From an uncultured delta proteobacterium (GTDB lineage: Bacteria; Desulfobacterota; Binatia; Binatales; Binataceae): a DNA stretch of 64,000 nucleotides. Made by a program: the position numbers and the translations under genes. The stretch is from assembly GCA_963814715.1 (NCBI GenBank), contig CAWFDW010000002.1, positions 65,800 to 129,799 on the forward strand, given 5' to 3'. Under the pieces are notes generated by a model that saw nothing but the letters and a program-made list of their open reading frames with translations, was not told where the DNA came from and ran no database searches. Positions 32,524-41,604 of the stretch are shown here, piece after piece (positions within the stretch are counted from its first letter, which is position 1; the number at the start of each line of letters is the position of its first letter).

Positions 32524-34388
32524 ATTCTCTGAACCGAGATGCGCCGGAAAATCTGCTCGAAAATCTACCGCCCGGCAGCGACTCGTCTGCGCGGGAGCTT
32601 CGCCGCTCAGCGATTTCAGGATCGCCTGGCGGCGCTCCTTCAATTCCTTCGGCATCGTCGGACCGATCTTTTCGAAGAACTCGCCGGCCGATTCGAGCTC
32701 CGCTTTCCATTCCGCCGGATTCACCGCGAGCGCGTCGCGCACCGCGCTCTTCGGGAGATCGAGGCCCTTCAGATCGAGTTCTGCTTCGTCGGGAACGATC
32801 CCGACCGGCGTCGCGCGGCCAGTCGCGCGGCCATGGATTCGATCGAGCATCCACTTCAGCACGCGCAGGTTTTCGCCGTAGCCGGGCCAGATGAAATTGC
32901 CCGTCGGCGTCCTTGCGAAACCAGTTGACCATAAACAAACGCGGCGCCTTTTTCAGTGCGCCGCGCATCTTGAGCCAATGGGCGAAGTAGTCGCCCATGT
33001 TGTAGCCGCAGAACGGCAGCATCGCCATCGGATCGCGCCGCAGCACGCCGACCGCTCCTGAAGCCGCCGCCGTCGTTTCCGATCCCATCGTGGCGCCCAT
33101 GAAAACGCCGTGCGTCCAGTCCATCGATTCGAGCACCAGCGGCACCGTCGACGCGCGCCGTCCGCCGAAGATGATCGCCGAGATCGGCACGCCGCGCGGA
33201 TCGTCGGCTTGCGGCGACCACGCAGGATTGTTGCGCATCGGCGTCGTGAAGCGGCTGTTCGGATGCGCCGCCTTTTCGCCCGAATCTTTTTTCCACGGAC
33301 GCCCCTGCCAGTCGAGCAGCCCGTCGGGCGGCGGCACGTCCATCCCTTCCCACCACACGTCGCCGTCGGGCGTCATCGCGACGTTGGTGAAAATCGTATC
33401 GTGCTCGCACCATCTTCATCGCGTTCAGATTCGATTTTGCGCTGGTCCCCGGCGCGACGCCGAAGTATCCGTTCTCCGGATTCACCGCCCACAGCCCGCC
33501 GTCGGGTCCGACGCGCATCCACGCGATATCGTCGCCGACCGTGAACACCTTCCAGCCCTTGAATTCAGCCGGCGGCGTCAGCATCGCGAGATTGGTCTTG
33601 CCGCATGCGCTCGGAAACGCCGCGGCGATATAAGTGGTCTCGCCTTCGGGGCTCTGCAGGCCGAGTATCAGCATATGCTCGGCGAGCCATCCTTCGTCGC
33701 GTCCGAGCACGCTGGCGATTCTGAGCGCAAAACATTTCTTGCTGAGCAGCGCGTTGCCGCCGTAGCCGCTGCCGACCGAGATGATCGTATTGTCCTGCGG
33801 GAAATGACAAATCAGCCGCCGCTCGGGATTCAAATCGAGCGTGCAATGAATTCCGCGATTGAAATCATCGGACGTCGCCAAGTTGCTCGAGCGCCGCCTG
33901 TGCCCATCCGCGTCATGATTCGCATGTTCAGCACGACGTAGATGCTATCGGTCAGCTCGACGCCGACTTTCGACAGCGGCGATCCGAGCGGCCCCATCAC
34001 GTACGGCACGACGTACATCGTGCGCCCGCGCATCGAGCCGTCGAGCATTCCATGCAGCTTGGCGTAGGTCGCGGCAGGCTCGGACCAGTTGTTAGTCGGC
34101 CCCGCGTCGATTTTGTTCGGAGTGCAGACGAAGGTCAGTTGTTCGGTGCGCGCGACGTCGTTCGGATTCGATCGATGCAGATAGCAGCCGGGCCGTTTCT
34201 CCTGGTTCAGCTCGATGAGTATTCCGGCGTCGACTGCCTGTTTGGTGAAGCCGATTTTTCTCGGCTTCTGAACCGTCGCACCAAACTATTGCATCGGGCG
34301 TCGTGAGCGCAGCGACTTCTTTGACCCAATCGCGCAACGCGCGGCTGCTGGTCGGCGAACTGTTTGCGTCGGTATTGGGTGTCTTCAT
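32494..34388 (-). CDS. pckG: Phosphoenolpyruvate carboxykinase (GTP), at least 4 frame breaks
   Basis: ORFs 34092..34427 (start at MKTPNTD), 33830..34048 ([14 protein letters not shown]), 32856..33881 ([38 protein letters not shown]), 32522..33376 (FGGRR, NWFRKD) and 32494..32862 join. The last about 25 codons run into repeat copy L. Confidence 0.9.
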
Positions 34389-34618
34389 GCGCTCCACGTC
34401 ATTCTCGTGAGACGTAACTCCTTTCAATTAGATGCCCAAAATGCAATCCCATCTTCATGGGAAGGTAATATGTAGATTAGCAGATTAGAAAAATCAAGGG
34501 CAGAATTATAAGCAGTCCTTTACCGCCGCGATCCGGCAGGCGACGCCTTGAGTCTGCTTGACTCGCGACGAACGCGCGTAGCTAGCGATGGAGATTGGGC
34601 AGGATCTGGCGCCGCCGT

Positions 34619-35389
34619 CTAGTACGCGGCGCTCTTGCGCGCGGAATTGATCAGCCGCTGGATTTCCTCTTCGGTGAATCCCGCCAGCATCCGCGCTTCC
34701 TTCGCGATCGAGACGACTTGCCCGTCGTCATTCTCGATGTCTTCCTGCGCGCGCCGTCCGCCGCGGAAGTTGAAGACCTCGTCGACCATGTCCTGGAACG
34801 CCTGCGCCTTGGCGAGCCGCTCGGGGTCGCCCTCGGTCAGCTTGCGCATCCACTTCGATCCCATCCGCACGTGCGTGATCTCATCGGCGAGCACGTAATC
34901 GACCGATCGCTCGATCACTTCGTCGCCGTTGCGCTGCGCGATCCGAATCAGCTGATCGAAGACGTCGCACGCGAGCCCCTCGAGCCCGCGATTGATTCCC
35001 GCGACGCGCGCCGCCGGATCCATCGCCTGCGTGCATCGCCACAAAATCTCCGTCTCGACGTAGTCCCCCGGATGCCCGCCCATGTACTCGACCAGGCGCT
35101 GGAAAATCTCGCTGTGACGAGCTTCGTCCCACACCTGCCGCGCCATGTCGAGCTGGAACTCCCACGGCGCGTCGGGAAAATCGAACAGCGTGCGTCCCGC
35201 CGCTTCCATCGCCTGCAACTCGCCGGTGTAGATTCCGTGCAAGCGCGATCGCAACGTCTCTTCGTCGAACGGCATCGGCCGCCCGCCTTCGAGGCCTTGC
35301 TCCTCGCGAATTTCGCGGACCTGCCGGCTGCGCAGCACGACCCAATTGTCAGGACGAGCGAGACGATCAACGGGAATGCATTTTTCCAT
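34619..35389 (-). CDS. Ferritin-like di-iron protein, DUF455-like (paralogue 2)
   Basis: Intact 256-aa ORF with two E...ExxH pairs: ELQAMEAAGR...WDEARHSE and LEGLACD...LADEITHVRMG. It is roughly two-thirds identical by eye to the 35419..36219 product, and both end in KSAAY. Confidence 0.7.
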   Translation of the reverse strand: MEKCIPVDRLARPDNWVVLRSRQVREIREEQGLEGGRPMPFDEETLRSRLHGIYTGELQAMEAAGRTLFDFPDAPWEFQLDMARQVWDEARHSEIFQRLVEYMGGHPGDYVETEILWRCTQAMDPAARVAGINRGLEGLACDVFDQLIRIAQRNGDEVIERSVDYVLADEITHVRMGSKWMRKLTEGDPERLAKAQAFQDMVDEVFNFRGGRRAQEDIENDDGQVVSIAKEARMLAGFTEEEIQRLINSARKSAAY

Positions 35390-35418
35390 CGTAAAAATTC
35401 CTTAATCGAAATGCGCGA

Positions 35419-36219
35419 CTAGTAAGCGGCGCTCTTACCGAATCCTTTGACGAGGCGATCGATCTCTTCTTCCGTGAAGCCGGCCAGCAGACGCGCCTCG
35501 CGCGCGATCGTGATCCCCGAATCGATCTCGATTTCCTTGTCGTTGATCCGCTGCTTGACGTGATCGACATCCTCGACATGCTTGCGCCCGGGCCCGAAGT
35601 TGAACAGCTCGTCGATCCTGTCCTGGAACTCCTGCGCCCGCTTGAACCGCTCGGGGTCGCCCTCGGTCAGCTTGCGCATCCACTGCGATCCCATCCGCAC
35701 GTGAGTGATCTCGTCGGCCAGCACGTAATCTACCGATCGTTCGATAATCGTGTCGCCCATCTTCTGCGCGATACGAATCAGTTGCTCGAACACGTCGCAC
35801 GCCAGCCCTTCGAGTCCGCGATTGATTCCCGCCACGCGCGCCGCCGGATCCTCCGCCTGCGTGCACGACCACAGCACTTCGCCTTCAGGAAATTCGCCGT
35901 AGTAGGATCCGACGTACTCGAGCAGCTTCATATAGATCTCGGCGTGCCGCGATTCGTCCCAGACCTGGCGCGCCATGTCGAGCTGGAATTCCCACGGCGC
36001 GTCGGGAAAATCGTAGAGCGTGCGCCCGGCCGCTTCCATCGCCTGGAATTCGCCGCCGCAGATTCCGTGCATGCGCGACTTCAGGAAATCATCTTCGTAG
36101 GGCATCGCGTTGCCCGGCGACAATCCCTGCTCGCTGCGCGCGTTGCGCGTGCGATTTGCAGGCAGCAGGATATGGTCCTCGGGACGCGCCAGCTTATCGA
36201 CCGGAATCATTCTTTGCAT
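35419..36219 (-). CDS. Ferritin-like di-iron protein, DUF455-like (paralogue 1)
   Basis: Intact 266-aa ORF with EFQAMEAAGR...WDESRHAE and LEGLACD...LADEITHVRMG. Confidence 0.7.
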   Translation of the reverse strand: MQRMIPVDKLARPEDHILLPANRTRNARSEQGLSPGNAMPYEDDFLKSRMHGICGGEFQAMEAAGRTLYDFPDAPWEFQLDMARQVWDESRHAEIYMKLLEYVGSYYGEFPEGEVLWSCTQAEDPAARVAGINRGLEGLACDVFEQLIRIAQKMGDTIIERSVDYVLADEITHVRMGSQWMRKLTEGDPERFKRAQEFQDRIDELFNFGPGRKHVEDVDHVKQRINDKEIEIDSGITIAREARLLAGFTEEEIDRLVKGFGKSAAY

Positions 36220-36235
36220 CGCGATCTCTCCTTGT

Positions 36236-36622
36236 TCACCTGCTCCACGCCGATCGGCGACCGGTCAGATTCAACGCCTCGCGCACAGTCCACTTGCCGT
36301 CGGTCTCGCCGAGCCGAAACTGAAACTTGAACGGTTCGACATCGGCGCCGGTCAGTTGCGCTTTCAAAAAATAATGCTTCGAGACACGCGCACGTCCAAT
36401 TATTTCGAACTTATCATACCGATTCGCGGGAATCTCTTTCGCGACGTGCATCATCTCGTCGCGCACATGCGCCGGCGTCATCGCCTCGACGCTCGCATGG
36501 TCGCCGCGCATCAGCGCCTTCAGCAGATGCTCCGCCGCCGCGAACATCTCAGCCGGCGGCTCGACGATCGCCGCAATCGGCTGCGGTCCCATCACATTGC
36601 CGCGTTCTCCCAAATCAGGCAT
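36236..36622 (-). CDS. NTF2-like (SnoaL/DUF4440-type) small protein
   Basis: From internal ATG 36622: MPDLGERGN...MFAAAEHLLKALMRGDHASVEAM...ETDGKWTVREALNLTGRRSAWSR. Size, N-terminal helix and C-terminal DGKW strand are typical of NTF2-fold proteins. The start overlaps the upstream stop. Confidence 0.5.
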   Translation of the reverse strand: MPDLGERGNVMGPQPIAAIVEPPAEMFAAAEHLLKALMRGDHASVEAMTPAHVRDEMMHVAKEIPANRYDKFEIIGRARVSKHYFLKAQLTGADVEPFKFQFRLGETDGKWTVREALNLTGRRSAWSR

Positions 36623-37011
36623 TGCCGTTCTCCGCGCGAACTTGCGCAACCGCCGCCGCAAGATCGGGAATGTCGCTCCACGACGAGCGCTTGCCGGTCG
36701 TGTCCTCGACGCTCGACGATCACCCACTTGCCGTCAGCCTCTTTGCGCCATCGGTAGAGCACCCGACGCATCGCACCGCCGTTGGTGAATCGCAGCTTCG
36801 AGATGTACTGAAATCCGATCTTCGCCAGCGCCAGCGTTTCGACTTTGCGCGGCTTCTCGATTCGCGCAATTTCCGCCGCCGCCTGCCGATGCGACTCGAT
36901 CGCATCTGGCAGCACGAACTTCTCGGCCGTCGCGCTATCACCCGCCGCGAGCGCCGCCGCATGCGTCGCGATCGCGTCGCGCAGATCAGTAATATCGTCC
37001 AGCTTCTTCAT
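36592..37011 (-). CDS. NTF2-like small protein, paralogue (probable frame break near 36715; true stop probably about 36615)
   Basis: MKKLDDITDLRDAIATHAAALAAGDSATAEKFV...WRKEADGKWVIV is in frame. Own +1 translation then gives SVEDTTGKRSSWSDIPDLAAAVAQVRAENGNA-stop, which parallels TGRRSAWSR of the neighbour. Confidence 0.5.
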   Translation of the reverse strand: MKKLDDITDLRDAIATHAAALAAGDSATAEKFVLPDAIESHRQAAAEIARIEKPRKVETLALAKIGFQYISKLRFTNGGAMRRVLYRWRKEADGKWVIVERRGHDRQALVVERHSRSCGGGCASSRGERQCLIWENAAM

Positions 37012-37016
37012 AATGC

Positions 37017-37637
37017 TCAGCTGCGCCCGACTTTCTTGCGCGGCTGCTCAGCCTCCGCTTCAAAGCCCGTCACTCCGCCCGACGCGCCGAGCAATCCTTC
37101 GAGATGCGATTGCCAGTTCGCGGCGCGCAGATGCTTTTCCTTCGAGTCGAGCAACTCGTTGAGCAGCACGCTGCCGCGCTCGACGTGAGCCTTCTCCTCT
37201 TCGACCAGCCGCCCGAGAATTCGCAGGGTAGGGGGCTCGTAAACCGGATTCATCGCCGTGAGATGCGAGCTGTAATGCGAAATCAGATGCGGCTTCAGCA
37301 CGCGATAGATTCCGACCAGCCGCTCGATCGTATCCTCCCACTCCTCTTTATCTTCGATCGCGTTCATAAACGTGACGAACGCCTCGTTGGGCGGCTTGGA
37401 TATCTGCGGCTGCGCGCGCAGCTCGGGCAGTCGCTTGCCGAGCGCGTCGGTATGCAGCGCGTCCTCGTACACCTGCTTGGCCATCTCGAGCTTGACCGCG
37501 AGCTCCGGCGTAAGCGCAATCCAGCCGGCCATCATGCGCATCATCCGCTCTTCGGCGTAGCGATAATTCTGGATGTAAATGACGCTCTGGCGGACGCTGT
37601 AAACGCCCTCGAGTGTTCGCCTGTCGTAAAGTGCCAT
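37017..37637 (-). CDS. Ferritin-like four-helix-bundle protein (third putative di-iron protein of the operon)
   Basis: GAGGAG RBS precedes ATG 37637. MALYDRRTLEG...YAEERMMRMMAGW...QVYEDALHTD...LRILGRLVEEEKAHVERG gives two E/ExxH pairs. I recognise no family. Confidence 0.45.
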   Translation of the reverse strand: MALYDRRTLEGVYSVRQSVIYIQNYRYAEERMMRMMAGWIALTPELAVKLEMAKQVYEDALHTDALGKRLPELRAQPQISKPPNEAFVTFMNAIEDKEEWEDTIERLVGIYRVLKPHLISHYSSHLTAMNPVYEPPTLRILGRLVEEEKAHVERGSVLLNELLDSKEKHLRAANWQSHLEGLLGASGGVTGFEAEAEQPRKKVGRS

Positions 37638-38326
37638 TCGCAACTCCTCGATAATAACCGCGCCGCGTCAGCGGCCGCGGCAGTGCTCGCTCCATTTGCC
37701 GATGCGAAAAAACGGCCTTCGACGATCGCCGCAATCTCGCGCCAGTATGTTTCCTTGTCGGTCCCCTTAAGATTGTTCGCGCCCATCGCCCAGCCCGCGC
37801 ATAGCATGTGAATCGCATGCACCGCGCTGCGCGAATCCTCGAAATGAATCACGCCGATCCGCCGCCCGCGCTCGATAATCTCGGCCACCGCGCCCAGGTA
37901 GTCGCCGCCAATCTTCTTCATCGCCGCGCGATACTGCGGCCGCCGCTCGAGGTAGCGCGCCTCATGATGCAGCACGTTGAACGCCTCGCGATACCGATCG
38001 ATCACGTCGAGAATCGCGCGCATCACCTCGATCAGCTCGCGCCGCGGCTCGCCAACCGTCCGCTCACGAATCGCCGGCAGCATCTCGACGAACTCCGCCA
38101 CCATCGACTCGGCAATCAGCGGAATAATCTCGTCCTTGCTGTCGAGATAAAGATAAATGGAACCGGCCGCGACACCCGCCTCGAGCGCAAGCTCCTTCAC
38201 CGACGCCTCATGAAACGACTTCCGCGCCAGCACCCGGCAAGCCGCCAAAAAAATCTGCCGCCGCCGCGCCTTGACGAGCTTCTCGTCCTGCGGAGGTGTA
38301 CGTAGCGCTTCAGCAACTCGTGGCAT
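37541..38326 (-). CDS. TetR/AcrR family transcriptional regulator (C-terminal end uncertain; a T-run near 37700 may hide a frame break giving a stop near 37670)
   Basis: From ATG 38326: ...RRRQIFLAACRVLARKSFHEASVKELALEAGVAAGSIYLYLDSKDE is the TetR HTH. It is the first gene of the minus-strand operon. Confidence 0.85.
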   Translation of the reverse strand: MPRVAEALRTPPQDEKLVKARRRQIFLAACRVLARKSFHEASVKELALEAGVAAGSIYLYLDSKDEIIPLIAESMVAEFVEMLPAIRERTVGEPRRELIEVMRAILDVIDRYREAFNVLHHEARYLERRPQYRAAMKKIGGDYLGAVAEIIERGRRIGVIHFEDSRSAVHAIHMLCAGWAMGANNLKGTDKETYWREIAAIVEGRFFASANGASTAAAADAARLLSRSCEWHFTTGEHSRAFTASARASFTSRIIATPKSG

Positions 38327-38388
38327 TGATTCGGACCGACTCGGATGACCAAAACGTACTGAATGAACGTTCATTTGTCAAGAGTCAA

Positions 38389-38640
38389 AATCGCCTGCGC
38401 GGCGGGCGGCAGGGGTGACCCCTGCACCCAGTACTAATCGCAAAATGGCGAGGACGCCCTTTTGCTCTAAGGTTCTTTTCTCTGCGTCATCTTTCCTGTG
38501 TCGTTCCGTCCTTGTGTCATTCAGAGCGCAGCGAAGAATCCCGGATCCTTCTTGCCCCCCGACCCTCAGAGCAAAATGGCGTCCTCGCCATTTTGCGATT
38601 TCTTCCCACTAAGGTGCAGGGTTTAACCCTGCCGCGGAAG
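38389..38640. repeat. Composite intergenic repeat, copy R (38389-38544, inverted relative to copy L) plus head-to-head partial copy R2 (38566-38640)
   Basis: See copy L. R2 carries GAGCAAAATGGCGTCCTCGCCATTTTGCGATT in the same orientation as copy L. Confidence 0.85.
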
Positions 38641-38716
38641 CGTGAAACCCGCGCAGGGTTTCACATTCAATTCTTAACGTTTCTTAATCTTTGCCTCATT
38701 GTATATGCTCACCTCC

Positions 38717-39161
38717 ATGCCCGACGACGTTCCAGAAGGAAAGCACCCTCGACCGATTCTTCAACCGCCTGATGGGCCAGGCGCTCAAGCTCGGATTCGC
38801 CCCCGGATACATGCGCCTGCTCGAGGTCCGCGGCCGAAAATCCGGCAGGACCTTCACCACTCCCGTCAACGTGCTCGCTTTCGAGGGCCGGCGATGGCTG
38901 GTGGCCGCCCGAGGCGAGACTGCATGGGCTCGCAATGCGCGCGCGGCCGGCCACGTCGTCTTGCGTCGCGGCTCCCATGTCGAATCGTTCACGGTGCGCG
39001 AGATTGCCGATGCCGACAAGCCCGAAGTCATCAAGGCTTTCGTCGATCGCTACAAGTCCCAGGTCCAGCGCTTCTTCGACGTCCCCGCCGGCTCTCCCGC
39101 CGACGCCTTCCGCGCCACCGCGTCGCGCACCCCGGTCTTCGAGCTGATCGCCGGCGCCTAA
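38717..39161 (+). CDS. Deazaflavin (F420)-dependent nitroreductase family protein, DUF385/PNPOx-like (frame break just after the ATG)
   Basis: LLEVRGRKSGRTFTTPVNVLAFEGRRWLVAARGETAWARNARAAGHVVL is the hallmark DUF385 core (GRkSG..r.tPl....g...v.a..G...W..N). ATG 38717 is in a neighbouring frame. Confidence 0.7.
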
Positions 39162-39214
39162 CAGGATGTTGCAGAACCTCCAGCCAACTCGTGTACGCCC
39201 GCCATCGAAACCCC

Positions 39215-39305
39215 GCCCCTGAGAGCAAAGTAGCGCGCCGCGCGCAACTTTGCGCTTCACACTGGGTGCAGGGGTCACCCCTGCCGCCCGCCGCGCAGGC
39301 GATTA
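39215..39305 (+). repeat. Composite repeat, variant copy (hairpin GCAAAGTAGCGCGCCGCGCGCAACTTTGC + GGTCACCCCTGCCGCCCGCCGCGCAGGCGATT)
   Basis: Its 3' module is identical to the end of copy L, and it abuts the MFS start codon. Confidence 0.8.
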
Positions 39306-39311
39306 TCATTT

Positions 39312-40609
39312 GTGGATGATCCCGCCCCGATCTCCCCGAGCGACGACCGACTAGCCGCCGACTCCGCCGCGCGCGAGCGCGTCACCGTTCTCGCGCTGGT
39401 CGCGATGCTCTTTTACCAGGGCTTCGCCATCGCCATCGTCTCGGTCGCCGCGCCGTGGATCGGCACCAGCTTCCATCTCGACGGCAGTGGCATCGCGCGC
39501 CTGTTCGCATGGATCTCGCTCTCGGCGCTAGGCGCGCTCGCCCTGTCGCGCATGATCGATCGCTACGGACGCCGCGCATGATCCTGTGGTGCATGGCCGC
39601 GATTCCCATTTGCAGCATCGGCACCGCGGTATCGACGAGTCTCACTGCATTCACCGTATTCCAAATCGGTCTCTATGCGGTCGTCGGCGCCGCCGGCTCC
39701 GGATGCGTCGTGATGCTTTCCGAAGAGCTCCCGATCGCACGCCGCGCACGCGGTCAGAGTCTCGGCGGCCTGGCGGCGTCGATAGGCGCCGGCCTCTGCG
39801 TTTTCCTGATGCCGATATTCGACGCCTACGGATTATCCTGGCGATGGATGTACGTCATCTCGGCGCTCGGCATCGCGATGCTCCCTGCGATGGCGCGTCT
39901 TCTCCCCGAAAGCGAGCGATGGGAACTTTCCGACGCGTCGGGAATCACCACCCGCACGCGTTTCTACGATGTCTTTCAGCCGCTCTATCGCAAGCGCTCG
40001 ATCACGATGATCGTATGCGCGCTGGCGGTTGCGATCTCAACGACGGCCGCGAACGCGTTCGGCTACTACCACGCCGTCTCAGTGGTCCACATGTCGTCGG
40101 CCGCCACCAGCACGATGACAATCGTAGCCGGCGGCCTGGGCCTGCTAGGCTTCCCGCTAGGCGCATGGTGCGCGGAACGCTTCGGCCGCGTCCCGACAAC
40201 GGTAGCATTCGGAATAGCAATCACGTTCGGACACCTATGGTACTTCTGGGGCCCGCCAACGCATTTTGCGTGGCCCCTGATGTGGCTATCAACCGGCTTC
40301 TTCTGGTTCAACCTATGCGACAACAGCGCCACCGTCGCCATCAACGCAGCCGGCACCGAACTCTTCCCAACCCCCCTACGCGGCACAATGATAGGATGGT
40401 TCGCCCTGGTAGGAGCAATCGGCGCCGTAATCTCCAACGCCGCCGTTGCGGTCCTGGCAACCAAAATGGGCGGCCTATCAATAGTAGTAGGCGCATTGTC
40501 AATAGTAGGAATCCCCGCCGCAATCCTATTCGGCCTAATGATCGATGAGACCCAGGGAATGTCACTAGAGATGGCCGCCAAAGAAGAACAATTCACCTCC
40601 GAGAACTAA
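39312..40609 (+). CDS. MFS transporter (frame break about 39575)
   Basis: ORFs 39312..39581 and 39455..40609 join into about 12 TM segments. The MFS loop motif is MIDRYGRR. Confidence 0.85.
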
Positions 40610-41600
40610 CCCCTTTCCAATCTGGTCCCCCTTCCCGCTCGGGAAGGGGCTAGGGGTTAGGTTCTTCGCTTCCTTCGGCAGGGCTAAGCCCTGCACCTTA
40701 AGAAGATGCGGGACTTCGTCCCTGTTAGAAGTCTTTTCTTGTGTCATTCAGAGCGAAGCGAAGAATCCCGGGTCCTTCTTACCTCGCCCCAGTTAGGATG
40801 TAGCGTTCACGCCACTGCTTACCCGCCTCGCCCGCTCAGTTGCGGGAGAGGCCGCGCCTACCGCGCGGGTGAGGGCGCACTTTACGGGAGAGGAGGCCGG
40901 CGGCCGCAGCCGCCGGTAGGTGAGGGTTCCGGACTCAAGCTACAAGCCTGCCACATCGCCACCCCCCTGCAGCAAACTCACTCCCCCAAATCCGGTCCCC
41001 CTTCCCGCTCGGGAAGGGGGTTAGGGGGATAGGACAGCGGCGCGCCCCCATAATTCCGGTTCCCCTTCCCACTATGGGAAGGGGTCAGGGGTTAGAGCCT
41101 GCCCTGAGCAACGCCGAAGGGTTCCTATTCTTTGACCCTGCTCATTGTCATTCAGAGCCGCCGCACCAAAGAATCCCGCCTCCGTTCTTCCCCTCTCCCT
41201 GTTAGGGAGAGGATCAAAGGTGAGGGTCCAATGACAGCGCTATTAGCGCGATTCAAGATTCTGCTCCCGCTTTCTCCGTCAATCCGTTCCCTTCCCGCTC
41301 GAAAAGGGGGTTAGGGGGATAGGACAGCGGCGCCCCCCCGTAATTCCGGTTCCCCTTCCCGCTCGGGAAGGGGTTAGGGGTTAGGTTGCGAGGATCATTC
41401 GCGCTTCTCATTGTCATTCAGAGCCGCCGCCGCGAAGAATCCCGGCTACGTTCTTCCCTGTAAGGGAGAGGACCGAAGGTGAGGGTCGAGTTAGGGTGTC
41501 GCGTTCTGCGCTACTGATTACCCGCCTCGCCCGCTAGTTGCGGGGAGAGGCCGCGCTTTTAGCGCGGGTGAGGGTGCAGATTTCGCGGCAGAGCCGGCCG
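40610..41600. repeat. About 1-kb thicket of stem-loop repeats (families A, B, C), including a diverged tandem duplication of roughly 300 bp
   Basis: Family A cores lie at about 40627-40649, 40997-41020, 41062-41084, 41287-41310 and 41352-41374. Family B (GTCATTCAGAGC..GAAGAATCCCG) lies at about 40743-40772, 41147-41178 and 41413-41445. Family C (GGGAGAGG..GGTGAGGG) lies at about 40838-40935, 41196-41230, 41455-41490 and 41537-41575. Segment 40981-41280 aligns with 41281-41580. Confidence 0.85.
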
Positions 41601-41604
41601 GCGC

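Noticed and set aside
32494-32570. An unusual C-terminal extension of PEPCK (…[23 protein letters not shown])
   Set aside because: These last codons are the translation of repeat copy L (AATCGCCTGCGCGGCGGGCGGCAGGGG on the coding strand). It is more likely read-through caused by repeat insertion or an indel near the natural stop than a functional extension.
38415-38612. Small ORFs encoding TNRKMARTPFCS-type peptides (38415..38612, the N-terminus of 31745..32497, 38709..39278, 40706..41032, 41132..41314)
   Set aside because: Their sequence is simply the translation of the intergenic repeat modules, and the same peptide text appears wherever the repeat occurs, on either strand. They have no RBS and no independent coding signal.
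40610-41600. Possible CRISPR array in the repeat thicket
   Set aside because: The units belong to several different families. They are internally palindromic, vary in length and spacing, recur at other loci in both orientations, and are not separated by unique spacers of constant size. No cas genes are present.
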